DNA of 64,000 bases, from positions 11,923-75,922 of the IMG/VR virus record IMGVR_UViG_3300024331_000231. One strand, given 5' to 3'. The notes below the pieces were generated by a model. That model was given only the letters and a program-made list of their open reading frames with translations. It was not told the DNA's origin and ran no database searches. This document shows, piece after piece, positions 8,603 to 19,414 of this stretch. The DNA comes from a virus (taxonomy: Duplodnaviria; Caudoviricetes). Both the position numbers and the translations under genes were made by a program. Each line of letters opens with the position of its first letter. Position 1 is the stretch's first letter.

Positions 8603-11059
8603 ATGGACACGAGTACTTCGAATCCGCAGTTTTCGGACCCGCTGTTGAACCGATTTTTCCTGTCTCCCCAGGAAAAGGCCGATAAAGAAACCGGCAAAAA
8701 GATCGTCACCGCCTTTTACAAGGAACAGACTTCGAACGATTCGAGTCTTAACTATTTCAAGCTCCGGAATGCGAGATGGATCGAAGTTCTTTTGTGGTGC
8801 AAAGGTAGCCAGAAGATGTCAGAATTTCTAGATTTTATGAACGTTTCCGACGCCAACAAGTCCTATGTCAACATCGATATGACGCCCAACCGGATCGCGG
8901 CGCAGTTCGTCGGCACGCTGGTAGAGAGCATGTCCAAAAACCGGACGTATCCTTCCGTATCGGCGATCGACGATGGTTCTGTCAACGAAAAAGAATCTAG
9001 ATTGATGGAAGCGCTATTCCGAATGCACGAGTCGGCCACCGTCGCCCAGCTCCAGGTCGCCGCCGGCATGTCCTTGGAACCACCCGGCGCCTTTGTCCCC
9101 GATGACGAAATCTCCGCAAAAGTACATTTTGAACTCGAAGATCGCCTGCCCAAAGAGATTCGATTCGAGCAGATGCTTCGAAAGACGCAGAACGATATCG
9201 ACTTCGAACGAATTGCGAACCGACAAACTATTTTTGATCTCACAGTCCTCAATGCCGGCTTTACCAAGATAGAACGTCTCGCACCGCGCTGCTACACCGT
9301 CCGCAAATGCATCGCGACCAATATGGTCTACAACTTCTTCATCAATCCGTCCGGCAAGCATGAAATCTCTAAGATAGGAGAGTTCTGGAACATCAAAGTG
9401 CCGCAATTCCGGGAGATGTTCGGCAAAACCGACGAACGTCCCGACGGGCTCACTGAAAAGGAAATTTTCGATCTGGCACGTCTGACCACCAACAAGAATA
9501 TCGGCTCTTTCAACTATATGTGGAATGATAACTGGGCGCTCACCACCTACAACCAGCAGAGGCCTTACGATGACTGTTCCATTCTGGTCTTCGATTGTGA
9601 GATCAATTGTCCGGAAGCAGTTTATTACGTTGATAAAAAGGATGCCTACGGCCGCTCCAACATTACCGAAAAGAAGGGGGTGCCTTACATGACCGTTACC
9701 AAGGAAGGAAAACTAATTTCACAACCCAAGCCGGACAATGTAGAAGTCATTCAACGAACCCGCAATACCTGGATGCGTGGGGTATATGCGCCCTACGGCG
9801 ACAAGATGCTGTATTGGGGGAGACCGGATATTATCATAACCCCCTACACAGAAACGGCCAAGCCGATGTCGTCTTATACCGTAAATATTCCGAACAATGA
9901 CGGGGAATATGTCCCTTCTTTGTTCGAAAGGGGTATCGAATGTTTACGGGAATACCAGTTGACGAAGCTCAAACGGAAGCAGTTGATCGCCAAGATCAAG
10001 CCCTCCGGTATCCGAATAGACGTCGAAAGCGCCCGCAACCTGGATTTAGGCAACGGCGACACGATTGATTGGGAAGAAGTGGTTCGGATATATGACCAGA
10101 CCGGCAATGAAATATACAGTAGTAGGGGCGTAGATCCTCTTTCGAGGGAAACACCACCGCTTTCCAACACCGTTCGGGACGAATCCATCGAAAAAGTGAT
10201 TGGCCTAACCAATATTTTGGCTTCGATTGTGCAAGAATTGCGCCAGTTATGGGGCGTTCCGCAATACCGGGATGGTAGCGATGTAGGTGACCGGACCGCC
10301 AATAAACTGGCCGAATCTCAGAACGAAAGTTCCTACAACGTCACGGACTTTATCGTCAATGCCAATAACCAACTCTGGGAGGAAACGTTCTATAAAATTT
10401 GCCTGCTGCACTGGAACGATATCGTCAAGACCGAGCCGGAGACCAAAGATGACTTACTCAATACCCGGTTTGATCTGAAGATCAAGACCAAAGCAACTGA
10501 TTACGAAAAGCAGCGACTCGAACAGGATATCCAGCGATATAGCCAAGTCCCGGACGCCATGGGCAACCCGTCCGCGACGTTAAAGGACGCGATGATGCTG
10601 CGGGAAATTGACGATTACAAATTGGCGTGCTGGTACCTGGCATCGACCGTGGCCAAAAATCAGACAGAGGCGAGAAAACAAAAGCAGGCGGATGTTGAAG
10701 CGAATGCAAAATTACAGCAACAGAGCAACGCGCAGGCGGCTCAAAATGAACAGGCCGTACAACAGCAGAAGTTGGCTAACGAAGCGCAGATGGAAAGAGC
10801 TAAGACCGAAAGCGCCGAAAAGCTCGCCATAATAAATGGGTTGTTCATGGTTGCCGCCAAAAGTCCTACGGGAGAACTTCCGGCTTACTTGCAGCCACTG
10901 GCCACGGCGACGATCAGCAACGTAATGATGCCAATAGTTTTAGAAAATCAGGAACTACAAGGCGGCCTTAATGCGGCAATGAATGCCCAAAATGCTCCCG
11001 ATCAACCAGCCGCTGGACAGCCGGCGCCGCAACCACAGACCTCACCTCAAATGCAATAA
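8603..11059 (+). CDS. portal protein (Crassvirales-like)
   Basis: 818 aa, placed before TerL; GVPQYRDGS...G.RTA motif; Gln/Ala-rich coiled-coil C-terminus. Confidence 0.8.
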   Translation: MDTSTSNPQFSDPLLNRFFLSPQEKADKETGKKIVTAFYKEQTSNDSSLNYFKLRNARWIEVLLWCKGSQKMSEFLDFMNVSDANKSYVNIDMTPNRIAAQFVGTLVESMSKNRTYPSVSAIDDGSVNEKESRLMEALFRMHESATVAQLQVAAGMSLEPPGAFVPDDEISAKVHFELEDRLPKEIRFEQMLRKTQNDIDFERIANRQTIFDLTVLNAGFTKIERLAPRCYTVRKCIATNMVYNFFINPSGKHEISKIGEFWNIKVPQFREMFGKTDERPDGLTEKEIFDLARLTTNKNIGSFNYMWNDNWALTTYNQQRPYDDCSILVFDCEINCPEAVYYVDKKDAYGRSNITEKKGVPYMTVTKEGKLISQPKPDNVEVIQRTRNTWMRGVYAPYGDKMLYWGRPDIIITPYTETAKPMSSYTVNIPNNDGEYVPSLFERGIECLREYQLTKLKRKQLIAKIKPSGIRIDVESARNLDLGNGDTIDWEEVVRIYDQTGNEIYSSRGVDPLSRETPPLSNTVRDESIEKVIGLTNILASIVQELRQLWGVPQYRDGSDVGDRTANKLAESQNESSYNVTDFIVNANNQLWEETFYKICLLHWNDIVKTEPETKDDLLNTRFDLKIKTKATDYEKQRLEQDIQRYSQVPDAMGNPSATLKDAMMLREIDDYKLACWYLASTVAKNQTEARKQKQADVEANAKLQQQSNAQAAQNEQAVQQQKLANEAQMERAKTESAEKLAIINGLFMVAAKSPTGELPAYLQPLATATISNVMMPIVLENQELQGGLNAAMNAQNAPDQPAAGQPAPQPQTSPQMQ

Positions 11060-11061
11060 AT

Positions 11062-11256
11062 ATGCAAGAAACCATCAAACCGACCGAGCCGGGTCAAAAG
11101 AAAATCACTTTCCAAAAGGGGGGATTGCACCAAACAACCTCGACGCCGCCGGGAGACAAGATTCCCGCTTCAAAAATTGCGGCCGCCCTGGCTGGTAAAT
11201 ATGGTCCAAAAGGTCGGCAGCAAGCACTATTTATGAAAAATGTGTTGAAAGGGTAG
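11062..11256 (+). CDS. small basic phage protein
   Basis: KGGLH...KIPASKIAAA...G.KG.QQA resembles a recurrent small Lys-rich phage family. Confidence 0.6.
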   Translation: MQETIKPTEPGQKKITFQKGGLHQTTSTPPGDKIPASKIAAALAGKYGPKGRQQALFMKNVLKG

Positions 11257-11259
11257 GCT

Positions 11260-13350
11260 ATGGGCGTTGTTAACATCCAGGGGATCGATGTGAAGTATCG
11301 GGACTTATTTCCCGGTGAAACGGTGTTATATGCGGACCTGCCAAAAGATGAGCAGTATTTCAGGCGGATATCTCACCCTTTTTCAGACGATGAAATATCC
11401 GACCAGATTCAATTGGATTACGAAAGCAGAAAAGGGACATATACCGCTTTCCAAAGAGAATGGGTCGAACGCGAAGAAACGCGGATGACTTATGGCGAGG
11501 GAGTCTACGCCAGTATTAACGGTGTTCTCACTTATATTCCGGCGTCCTATTGGGGCTATATCAATTATTGGACCTTAGAGCATGACGATAAAGCAGATTA
11601 TCGGGAAGCTGATCGACTGTTCTTTCTTTTCATGGAGTATATTTATTTTGAAACTGACGTTTATGGCGTTACACGCGGGAAAGGCCGGCGTCAGGGCGCC
11701 TCTTCCTTAGGGTATTACTGGACCTGGTGGATATGCGGGAGGAAGGAAAACCAGATAGGGGGCTCCATTTCCTATAATGATGCAATAGCCCAGACCAACT
11801 TTCAGGGCATGTTCATGCTGGGCTTGACCTCCATGCTACCTTGTTTTTTACGCGACATTTCCAGCAAGTCGGACAATTTTGTTGACTTTGAGAAGCCAAG
11901 CGAGAAAGCCAAAAGAGGCGTTATCCACAAAAAGGAAGGGTTGAAAAGCTATGTAGATTTTTTGCCTAATGGCATCAATGCGTATGATGGAGGAAGGGCA
12001 ACTTGGTTGGTCCTGGATGAAACCGGGAAGTATGAGAAAATGAATATCAACACCTACTGGTCTAAGGTGTCTCCCACCTTAAAAATAGGGCGAAGAAAAG
12101 TCGGTATGGCGTACATGCCGACGACCGTCAATCCGCCAAAAAAAGGTGGAGAACATTACAAGCAATTTTGGGAAGAGGCAAATCAAAACGCCATAAATCC
12201 GGCAACGGGTGTTCCCTATGGCCTGAAGACTCCCCATAAAGTCATAAGATACTTCGTGCCAGCAAGTGAAGGATACGCAGGATGTATAGACAAATTTGGA
12301 GCAAGCGTAGTAGATGATCCGCCGGGACCGATTATGGGAAATGATGGAGAATGGATCACTAAAGGTGCCAGAACCGTTATTTTGGAGGAAAGGGCACTGA
12401 AAAAAGACGAGCAATTATTGGAACACAGAAGGGATTTTCCTTTGGACGAGTATGATATGTTTTCCTTCTACCTCGGGGCTTGTGAGTTTTCCGAAGCCAA
12501 TTTCATCGCCCAACTGCAGTGGCTCGAAGCCCATCCGGTATACCTGCGCAAATGTAGGTTATACCGCGAGAAAGTTACCAAAAAAAATATGTTCAATGCC
12601 CGGGAGGAGCGTTTCGACGAGATTAGGTTCATGGACGACGAAGCTGGCGGATGGCTACTTTTCGAACCGCCCGATCGGGAAAATATGTACTACCACCGCG
12701 GAAGGATCAGGCCGCTTCATACCGAACGATACTCGATCGGCGTGGACACGATCAAAAGTGGTTTCAGTTCCGGGGGATCGACCGCGACGATCTGCGTGTT
12801 TAAAAAATCACACATTGTAGAAGGAGTCGAAAAGGGACTCTATCCGGTCGCCTTGTACATGGGGAAACCCCGACTCATGCAGGACCTCTTCGAAGAGGTA
12901 TTAAAGGCCTGCATGTGGTATGGGGCGAAAGTCAACTTTGAGATTGACGCAGGAAGCTCTTACTATGACTATTTCCTGGCAAAAGATGCTGATCTATTTT
13001 TGGAATGGACACCGCGAGTAGCAATCGACCCCAGTAAAAAACATCCGCTGATCAAACCAGGAACGGAGAGCGGCAACCCTTATCAATTCGCGATGCAGCT
13101 GGAAGTAGCCAAGAAATATTTTGATGGAACGATACCGGATGGTTATAACGGGAATGTGCATCGTGTCGTCTTTCCGATTATCCTGAAGCAGGGGCTGGAA
13201 TACAATCATGCTGATAGAACAAAATCCGACGTCATCATTTCCCTTATGATGGCACTCTTGCCATGCTTTGGTTCGCTTGACTATTTGGACCCAGTTCCCC
13301 TTAAACCCAAACGTCTCCTTCCGACCTACAAACTAAAAATGGCAAGTTAA
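11260..13350 (+). CDS. terL: terminase large subunit
   Basis: Walker A KGRRQGAS, Walker B LVLDETGK, nuclease IGVDT...FEID...D.IISL. Confidence 0.92.
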   Translation: MGVVNIQGIDVKYRDLFPGETVLYADLPKDEQYFRRISHPFSDDEISDQIQLDYESRKGTYTAFQREWVEREETRMTYGEGVYASINGVLTYIPASYWGYINYWTLEHDDKADYREADRLFFLFMEYIYFETDVYGVTRGKGRRQGASSLGYYWTWWICGRKENQIGGSISYNDAIAQTNFQGMFMLGLTSMLPCFLRDISSKSDNFVDFEKPSEKAKRGVIHKKEGLKSYVDFLPNGINAYDGGRATWLVLDETGKYEKMNINTYWSKVSPTLKIGRRKVGMAYMPTTVNPPKKGGEHYKQFWEEANQNAINPATGVPYGLKTPHKVIRYFVPASEGYAGCIDKFGASVVDDPPGPIMGNDGEWITKGARTVILEERALKKDEQLLEHRRDFPLDEYDMFSFYLGACEFSEANFIAQLQWLEAHPVYLRKCRLYREKVTKKNMFNAREERFDEIRFMDDEAGGWLLFEPPDRENMYYHRGRIRPLHTERYSIGVDTIKSGFSSGGSTATICVFKKSHIVEGVEKGLYPVALYMGKPRLMQDLFEEVLKACMWYGAKVNFEIDAGSSYYDYFLAKDADLFLEWTPRVAIDPSKKHPLIKPGTESGNPYQFAMQLEVAKKYFDGTIPDGYNGNVHRVVFPIILKQGLEYNHADRTKSDVIISLMMALLPCFGSLDYLDPVPLKPKRLLPTYKLKMAS

Positions 13351-13557
13351 TTACTGTCGCTTGGGAAGCAACTTTGCTTTTTCCGCAAGTTGGGCTTGCA
13401 AAAGTTCTATCATTACGGATTGCTCTTTGTGTTGTCGTAGCATCGTATTAATGGCCTGCTGTTGGGAATACTTGCCAAGTCCTTTACTGGACTTGATTTT
13501 CCCTTGAAAATCCAGTACATGCTCACGTACGTCATCGTCGAGGTCTAGGTTTATCAT
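13351..13557 (-). CDS. small RHH-like DNA-binding protein
   Basis: MINLDLDDDVREHV...SQQQAINTML plus a coiled tail; divergent from the scaffold/capsid genes. Confidence 0.5.
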   Translation of the reverse strand: MINLDLDDDVREHVLDFQGKIKSSKGLGKYSQQQAINTMLRQHKEQSVMIELLQAQLAEKAKLLPKRQ

Positions 13558-13657
13558 AACGATTAGTTATTAATAGGTACTAACGGTGATCTTTATTAAG
13601 TATATGTGTCTAAGGGTTATTAAATATAACGGATTTATTTTTTGTGATAAAATAAAC

Positions 13658-13681
13658 TTGCATCGAACACCTTTAATTTCG
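13658..13681 (+). promoter_or_regulatory. putative Bacteroidota-type promoter for the capsid operon
   Basis: TAATTTCG (near-match to TAnnTTTG) at 13674-13681 in an AT-rich intergenic region; -33 spacing is not canonical. Confidence 0.35.
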
Positions 13682-13698
13682 TTGAAACATCGGCGCAA

Positions 13699-14856
13699 AT
13701 GGCAGAGCAAATTTCTCAAGAGCAAACGACAACAACAACGACCGTCGCTCCAGATCTGAAGGCAGAACTGGCTCAACAGATGGCCATTAGCCTCAATAAC
13801 GGTGTTGCGCCCGAGCCCGACGTACCTGCTGCTCCCACCACATCAGATCCCGCCGCTCCGACGACGACTGCCGATCCGTTTGGCCTCTTCAAAGAAAAAT
13901 TCGGTTATGAGTCACCGGAAGCAGCCGTCCAGGAAATAGAAAGTCTCCGCGCTTTTCGCGCAGCGCCGCCACCTGCTGAACTCAAATTCGAGAACGAGCA
14001 AAGCAAGGCAATAGCGGAGGCCCTGCAAGCAGGCCCTGAAAAATTCCATGAGGTCCATGCGATTCTGGATAAGATGATAAGAATAGACCAGTTGACTACG
14101 GGCGATCTGACGCACGAAGCAGCGGCAAATGTCATCAAACTGGGGATGCAACTCAAATATCCGGACCTCAAACCGGAGGAAATAAACTACAAGTTCAACA
14201 AAACATACGGGCTTCCACCTAAACCTGGTATGTTGCCAGCCGAAGATCAGGAGGAATTTGACGAACGCCTTCGCAACTGGGAAGCGGTCGTCGCTGATAA
14301 ACAGATGGAAATGATGATTGATGCGAAACTCGCCCGTCCTGATCTTGCTGCTGCCAAATCAAAACTCGTTATTCCCACTATAGCCCGGCAACAGGACGCC
14401 GATTTCCAAGAATGGCAGAAAACCGTTCAGGAAAACGATCGCCTCGCCGCCGAAACCACGCAAGTATACAAAGCCTTTACGCCCAAGTCGCTCGAAACCA
14501 AAGTCAATTTTGTGGACGAAGCCAGTAAGATTGCTTTTGAGTTCTACTTCGAGCCGGACCCGGAGAGCTTTAACCAGTCGGTAGACATGGTCACGGACAT
14601 CAACAAATTTTGGGAATCCTTCAAGACACCGGATGGAAGCCCGGATCGGATCGGATTTCTCAGAAGCATGTACATCGCCAAGAACTTTGAAAAGATGATC
14701 ACGCAAGCGATGATCCAGGCCAAAAACGCTACTATCAAAGCCAGCCTGCCGGATAATACTGCCGGCGGCCTTGTCCGGCAAATGCCGCCCACACAAGTTC
14801 CCAATGAACTGGATACATTGATGCGCGCTTCGCTAAAAGGGTACGGGGGATTTTAA
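13699..14856 (+). CDS. putative capsid scaffolding protein
   Basis: Acidic, helical, Pro/Thr-rich N-terminus; immediately upstream of the major capsid gene. Confidence 0.6.
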   Translation: MAEQISQEQTTTTTTVAPDLKAELAQQMAISLNNGVAPEPDVPAAPTTSDPAAPTTTADPFGLFKEKFGYESPEAAVQEIESLRAFRAAPPPAELKFENEQSKAIAEALQAGPEKFHEVHAILDKMIRIDQLTTGDLTHEAAANVIKLGMQLKYPDLKPEEINYKFNKTYGLPPKPGMLPAEDQEEFDERLRNWEAVVADKQMEMMIDAKLARPDLAAAKSKLVIPTIARQQDADFQEWQKTVQENDRLAAETTQVYKAFTPKSLETKVNFVDEASKIAFEFYFEPDPESFNQSVDMVTDINKFWESFKTPDGSPDRIGFLRSMYIAKNFEKMITQAMIQAKNATIKASLPDNTAGGLVRQMPPTQVPNELDTLMRASLKGYGGF

Positions 14857-14879
14857 TCACTCCTTTAAAGTAATTTTTT

Positions 14880-16325
14880 ATGCCATCCGCAATAGTACGG
14901 GGTGCCACAGGGCAACCCGGGCCCGGTGGGTTTCCCTTGGGACTCACCACCGGTATTTTTAATGACCTGAATTTCGTCATCCCGGACTATATCCCCGGGC
15001 TGATCGCCAAATACGGCAACAGCTCTTACATGCTCGCCGCAGAAATTCTGGGCAATTCCAACATCGAACAAGTCAATACGACGACCAATACCTACTCGCA
15101 CTTCGAAAAGGGGCGTCCTTATGGATCGGGTCTCGTAGCGTCGAACGTTGCCGCTACAGGTGTGGGCAATGATATCGTGGTCACGCTCAAATTCCCGCAG
15201 TCCTACGTGCAGGGTCCCAATAACACGATCCCCGCCGGCACGCGGATTCCCTTCCTGGAAAACCAGACTGTGAAGATTCGCTCCAACGGTCTGAAAGCCC
15301 GCGTCAAAGCCGTCGGACGTGTGACGCCGGGTGCCTATACGCTCACCCTCACTCCGCTGGGCACCTACCAGCTCGTTACCGGTCCTCAAACCAGCCTGCA
15401 GATCAACGCCGGCGAAGGCTTGGAAACTTTCGGTAACCAGCTTGCCGGACAGGCTTCCGACAGCCAAGGTACACAACAGCCCAACCTTTACCGTTACGAT
15501 AACACCGCAACGGTTCTCAGGGCTTCTGTAAAGGCAAGTGACCTGGCTGGGATGAACAAGACACAGGTGGATTTTGGCAATGGCAGTTTCTACCTTCCTA
15601 CGCTGGCGATCAAGACCATGAACATGCAGATGATGGTCAACATCGAAGATGCGGTCATGGAAGGCGTGCCGTACGGCAATGTGGTAGACGCCGACGGTAT
15701 TACTTCGGTGGGTACGACTGGTGTGCTGCCTGACGTATCGGCCCGCGGTTCGGAAGTGGATTATGTGATCGGTATGTTCGCCATCGGAGACTTCCAGAAC
15801 TTTACCAACGTGCTGGATTCCAATGGCGGCCCCCGGGAATATCACTTCCTGCAGTCCCTCGACCAACGCCAGGATATCAACAACCTGCTCTTCGGCATCT
15901 ATCGGAACGGAGCGATCAGCTACGGCAGCGTAGGTTTTGGTGCAGAAGCCGCTGTGAGCTACGGTTTCAAGAGCTTTTCGACCGATACCTTCGATTTCCA
16001 CTTCCACCGGTACAAAGGATTCTCGGCAGGTCCAGTCTTTGGTTACAACCCCACCCAGGGCGACTACCGTAGGGCCTTCGGCTTTGGCGTTCCCCAGGGT
16101 ATGACGCAGGATGCCAAGGACGACACTACTCGGCCTTACCTGCAATGGGTCTATCAGCAGAACCCGGATATCCCCACTTCCCAGCGCATCTACTCGTGGG
16201 ATCTCGGTTACACCAAGAATACCAAGACGACCGAAGCATCGAATAAATATGAACAGATCGCCTACGTCGGTAGCCGGGTAACGGCCGCCGAACAGTTCGC
16301 CATCCTTCGCGGTCTCGTCAGCTAA
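14880..16325 (+). CDS. major capsid protein (Crassvirales-like HK97 fold)
   Basis: 481 aa, strong codon bias, YIPGLIAKYG...SHFE, followed by a terminator; position in the module. Confidence 0.85.
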   Translation: MPSAIVRGATGQPGPGGFPLGLTTGIFNDLNFVIPDYIPGLIAKYGNSSYMLAAEILGNSNIEQVNTTTNTYSHFEKGRPYGSGLVASNVAATGVGNDIVVTLKFPQSYVQGPNNTIPAGTRIPFLENQTVKIRSNGLKARVKAVGRVTPGAYTLTLTPLGTYQLVTGPQTSLQINAGEGLETFGNQLAGQASDSQGTQQPNLYRYDNTATVLRASVKASDLAGMNKTQVDFGNGSFYLPTLAIKTMNMQMMVNIEDAVMEGVPYGNVVDADGITSVGTTGVLPDVSARGSEVDYVIGMFAIGDFQNFTNVLDSNGGPREYHFLQSLDQRQDINNLLFGIYRNGAISYGSVGFGAEAAVSYGFKSFSTDTFDFHFHRYKGFSAGPVFGYNPTQGDYRRAFGFGVPQGMTQDAKDDTTRPYLQWVYQQNPDIPTSQRIYSWDLGYTKNTKTTEASNKYEQIAYVGSRVTAAEQFAILRGLVS

Positions 16326-16335
16326 TTACCTCACC

Positions 16336-16364
16336 GGTCGCGGGCATTAGTCCGCGACCATTTT
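16336..16364 (+). terminator. intrinsic terminator after the major capsid gene
   Basis: GGTCGCGG/CCGCGACC stem followed by ATTTT. Confidence 0.65.
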
Positions 16365-16377
16365 AAACTTTCAATTT

Positions 16378-17319
16378 ATGGCAAACGCTTACACAGAAGA
16401 GGCCCCAGTAAAAGGGACGACGCCCAAAAAAGACAAATGGGCAGCAGAGACCGCATTTCTGGCCCAGGAATTCGATCCCCAGAAGAAATATATGTTCGAG
16501 CTGGCAGACCAGAACCCGAAAAGGGAACTGCCTGTGTACGACATGCACATGAAGACTTTCGTGCCTCACAAGCCGTTCATCCCTTACCGCAATGTGGTGA
16601 TGACCTCCCAGATCATTTGGAAAGGACAAAGACGTGGCATACGGTACTATGACGGTTGCGATAGCATCTTCATTGACGAACAACCCAAAGAGAAAGAAAC
16701 TATCCAATCCTTTATCCAGCAGACGATCCGCCGGGAATTCACCGATGGCAAATTCGGCGTTTATGGGGAAGAACGAATGCTACTGCTATTCATGCTGGCT
16801 TCCAGTTTCAATGGCGAAAGTCCATTCCGGACCCGCACGGCCAATATTGTCTACATCCCGGTCAACGTCGAAAAGAAGATGAGCCAGGAATCTGAGCGAC
16901 TTGACCGGATCGAACAGGCTCTTGAACTCGCCAAATCGGCTTCGGACAAAAAGATGATGATCCATGCGGACTATCTCGGCATTCCGCTGGAAGATTTTGA
17001 CTCTGGCAATGCACTGACGGCCAAAGAAATTCGGACAGGCTACCGGTTGGAGGCCTCCCGGGATCCCGACAGGTTCGTAAAAAGCTACGGAAATAAAGCC
17101 TTGGAGACCATGTTCTATGTGAAGAAGGCCTTAACCGCTCGTTTGATCGACACGGCAAGCAATCCCAACAAAGCGCTCTGGAAAACCAGTGGTCGGGAAA
17201 TCTGCGACATCTCCGGCCTGAAATCCTTTGAAGTGATCAGCGACCGCCTCGTCGAATTCAGCCAAACGGAAGAAGGAGAAGAATTTAAGGCGCAACTCAC
17301 TGCTCTTTATAACGAATAA
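16378..17319 (+). CDS. conserved post-capsid virion protein of crAss-like phages
   Basis: IRYYDGCDSIFIDEQ motif; synteny. Confidence 0.6.
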   Translation: MANAYTEEAPVKGTTPKKDKWAAETAFLAQEFDPQKKYMFELADQNPKRELPVYDMHMKTFVPHKPFIPYRNVVMTSQIIWKGQRRGIRYYDGCDSIFIDEQPKEKETIQSFIQQTIRREFTDGKFGVYGEERMLLLFMLASSFNGESPFRTRTANIVYIPVNVEKKMSQESERLDRIEQALELAKSASDKKMMIHADYLGIPLEDFDSGNALTAKEIRTGYRLEASRDPDRFVKSYGNKALETMFYVKKALTARLIDTASNPNKALWKTSGREICDISGLKSFEVISDRLVEFSQTEEGEEFKAQLTALYNE

Positions 17320-17322
17320 ACG

Positions 17323-17997
17323 ATGCCATGGTCCGTCGATAATATCTACCAGTATACCCGGTTTCTGACCAACAAAAACCAGGCAGGGGGGATATCTGCG
17401 ACGGACCTTTTTAACGCCTGGAATGCGGAGCAGTCGCAGCAGCACCAAGATTTGGTCGGACGATGGCAAAAGCAGAACAACACCAAGACAGGTGTCATGA
17501 GCGGAATGGTAGAGGATGAAGTGACGATTAGCATGATGGCCCCTTTTATCGTACAAACTACGCTCCCAATAGCTGGGGGAAGAGGCATTAAGCCGGTGGA
17601 TTATATTTACGGTATAGCCCTGCGCATTAACAACGCGAAGGTTTTTTCTATCCCGCACGATACCATTTGGTCAGTTGAGGATGACGTAATCGACCCTGCA
17701 AGCATCGCAGAAGATTCCTATTATTATTCCGAAGCCGGCAACTATTTCGCTTTTCTTCCCAACACAGTCACCAGTTTTGATCTCGATTACGTGGCGGAAA
17801 CGACCGATATCGTGTGGGGGTTCACGCTCGACGGTAGTAACCGCCAGGTCTACAATCCGGCAACAAGCGTTCAGCCGAAGTGGAATAAAAATACTGTGAT
17901 CTCGATCACAAAAAGAACTCTTACAGGATTCGGATTGCATTTCGATTCGCGGGAATTTGAAGCGTTCGGTGAATCTAATATCCAAACCGGGAACTAA
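17323..17997 (+). CDS. tail ring/adaptor protein
   Basis: SVDNIYQ...LTNKNQAGGIS..DLFNAW.AEQ resembles crAss-like ring protein N-termini. Confidence 0.7.
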   Translation: MPWSVDNIYQYTRFLTNKNQAGGISATDLFNAWNAEQSQQHQDLVGRWQKQNNTKTGVMSGMVEDEVTISMMAPFIVQTTLPIAGGRGIKPVDYIYGIALRINNAKVFSIPHDTIWSVEDDVIDPASIAEDSYYYSEAGNYFAFLPNTVTSFDLDYVAETTDIVWGFTLDGSNRQVYNPATSVQPKWNKNTVISITKRTLTGFGLHFDSREFEAFGESNIQTGN

Positions 17998-17999
17998 CC

Positions 18000-18671
18000 A
18001 TGGCAACACCTCCGTACATATGGAAGCAGTTGATCCAGCGGATCAGAAAGCACATGAACAATGGCTTTCCCAATGACTCATTTGCGACCAGCGACAATGA
18101 GATCCTGCTTTATATCAATGAGGCCAATGCTTATTCCCTAGTCGGGCAGGTATGGATGAATGCGAAAGTCCTGGGAGTAATGGAAGTCCCGGACGGCTAT
18201 ATGGCAACCGTCCAACTACCCGCCGTCCAGCAAGATCCAGTGACTGGAGAATGGTTTACCACTTTGCCGCAGCCGCCCGTCGGCCTTCCTTTGGGTTACA
18301 GCATCAACCGCATCTATTCGGCTCAGGCCAGCAGCGGTGTAGGCCAGGACGTCTTCCTGATTAAAGCAAAAAGGGTAGGGCGCCGGGCCAATATGCCGAT
18401 GCCTGGCGGGATTCGGGCTTGGGTAGACTATACGAATGCCACCATTATCCGCCTGCAGGCGAGCGATAACCAACCCCTGCTGGGACGTGTCTTTTATGTC
18501 CAAATGCCCATCACCAGGACGTCAGACATCACGTTGCCGATGAATTTGCCCGATGACGCAATCGAGGCCATTTTTAACAATGTGGTCACTAAATTGACAC
18601 AGCGTTACCAGGAACCCAAAGACGTCATCCGGGATAACCTGCCAGCCGGCAACAACACTCTCAAGTCATGA
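18000..18671 (+). CDS. tail ring protein
   Basis: Size and synteny; SDNEILLYIN and LPDD..EAIF motifs. Confidence 0.6.
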   Translation: MATPPYIWKQLIQRIRKHMNNGFPNDSFATSDNEILLYINEANAYSLVGQVWMNAKVLGVMEVPDGYMATVQLPAVQQDPVTGEWFTTLPQPPVGLPLGYSINRIYSAQASSGVGQDVFLIKAKRVGRRANMPMPGGIRAWVDYTNATIIRLQASDNQPLLGRVFYVQMPITRTSDITLPMNLPDDAIEAIFNNVVTKLTQRYQEPKDVIRDNLPAGNNTLKS

Positions 18672-19414
18672 GCATAGCCAATACCGACATACTACCCGAA
18701 GTCTCTCTGCTGCAAATCGTGGACTATACGCTCGACGAATGCGAAAAATCGGACGGTGACCGGGATAAATATTGGATACTGGCTTTCCGCGCCTTGGTAG
18801 ACCTTATGTATGATATATCTGCTCATCCGATCACGTTGCGCATTCCCGTCAACGCTAACATGACGGTCAATTTTCCTCCGGGTTGTATCACCTGGACGAA
18901 AATCGGCATTTTGAATAACAACGGGGAGATCAGCACGCTGAAAATCAACAATGCGCTGACGTCGTGGAAGGAATTGAATCCTAATCGGCTTGTCGATCTT
19001 ACCCCGGATATCACCGATAGCCTTCCTACGCTTATCCAAAGCCCCTTTTATCTCAACTATTTCTATGACGGTGTATACCAGCCGCTTTTCGGGGTAGGAG
19101 GGGGGCTTATCCAGTACGGCGATGCCAGGGTCGATGAAGAGAACCGGGTAGTTATCCTGCAACCAGATTTCAAATACAGCAGCATCCTTTTCGAATGCAT
19201 TTACAGCCCGCAGCGCGATGGCGACTACAAAGTATCGCTCGCCTTACAGGAGGCGATCATCGCTTTTATCAAGTGGAAAGATAAGCAGGGAACTTATCAG
19301 GAGTACATAGCCGCAAAGATCAACGCCCGTCGCCGTATGCCGAAGAAGAAAGTCATATTACAAAAAATCAACCAGGTCATCCGGGAATCGGAAACCATGA
19401 AATTAAGAGGATAA
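18668..19414 (+). CDS. tail ring protein
   Basis: TVNFPPGCITWTKIG...GG...GDARVDE...QEAIIAFI matches crAss-like ring proteins. Confidence 0.7.
   Translation: MSIANTDILPEVSLLQIVDYTLDECEKSDGDRDKYWILAFRALVDLMYDISAHPITLRIPVNANMTVNFPPGCITWTKIGILNNNGEISTLKINNALTSWKELNPNRLVDLTPDITDSLPTLIQSPFYLNYFYDGVYQPLFGVGGGLIQYGDARVDEENRVVILQPDFKYSSILFECIYSPQRDGDYKVSLALQEAIIAFIKWKDKQGTYQEYIAAKINARRRMPKKKVILQKINQVIRESETMKLRG

Noticed and set aside
14865-16145. 426-aa minus-strand ORF
   Set aside because: Antisense shadow of the codon-biased major capsid gene; no protein-like motifs or start context.
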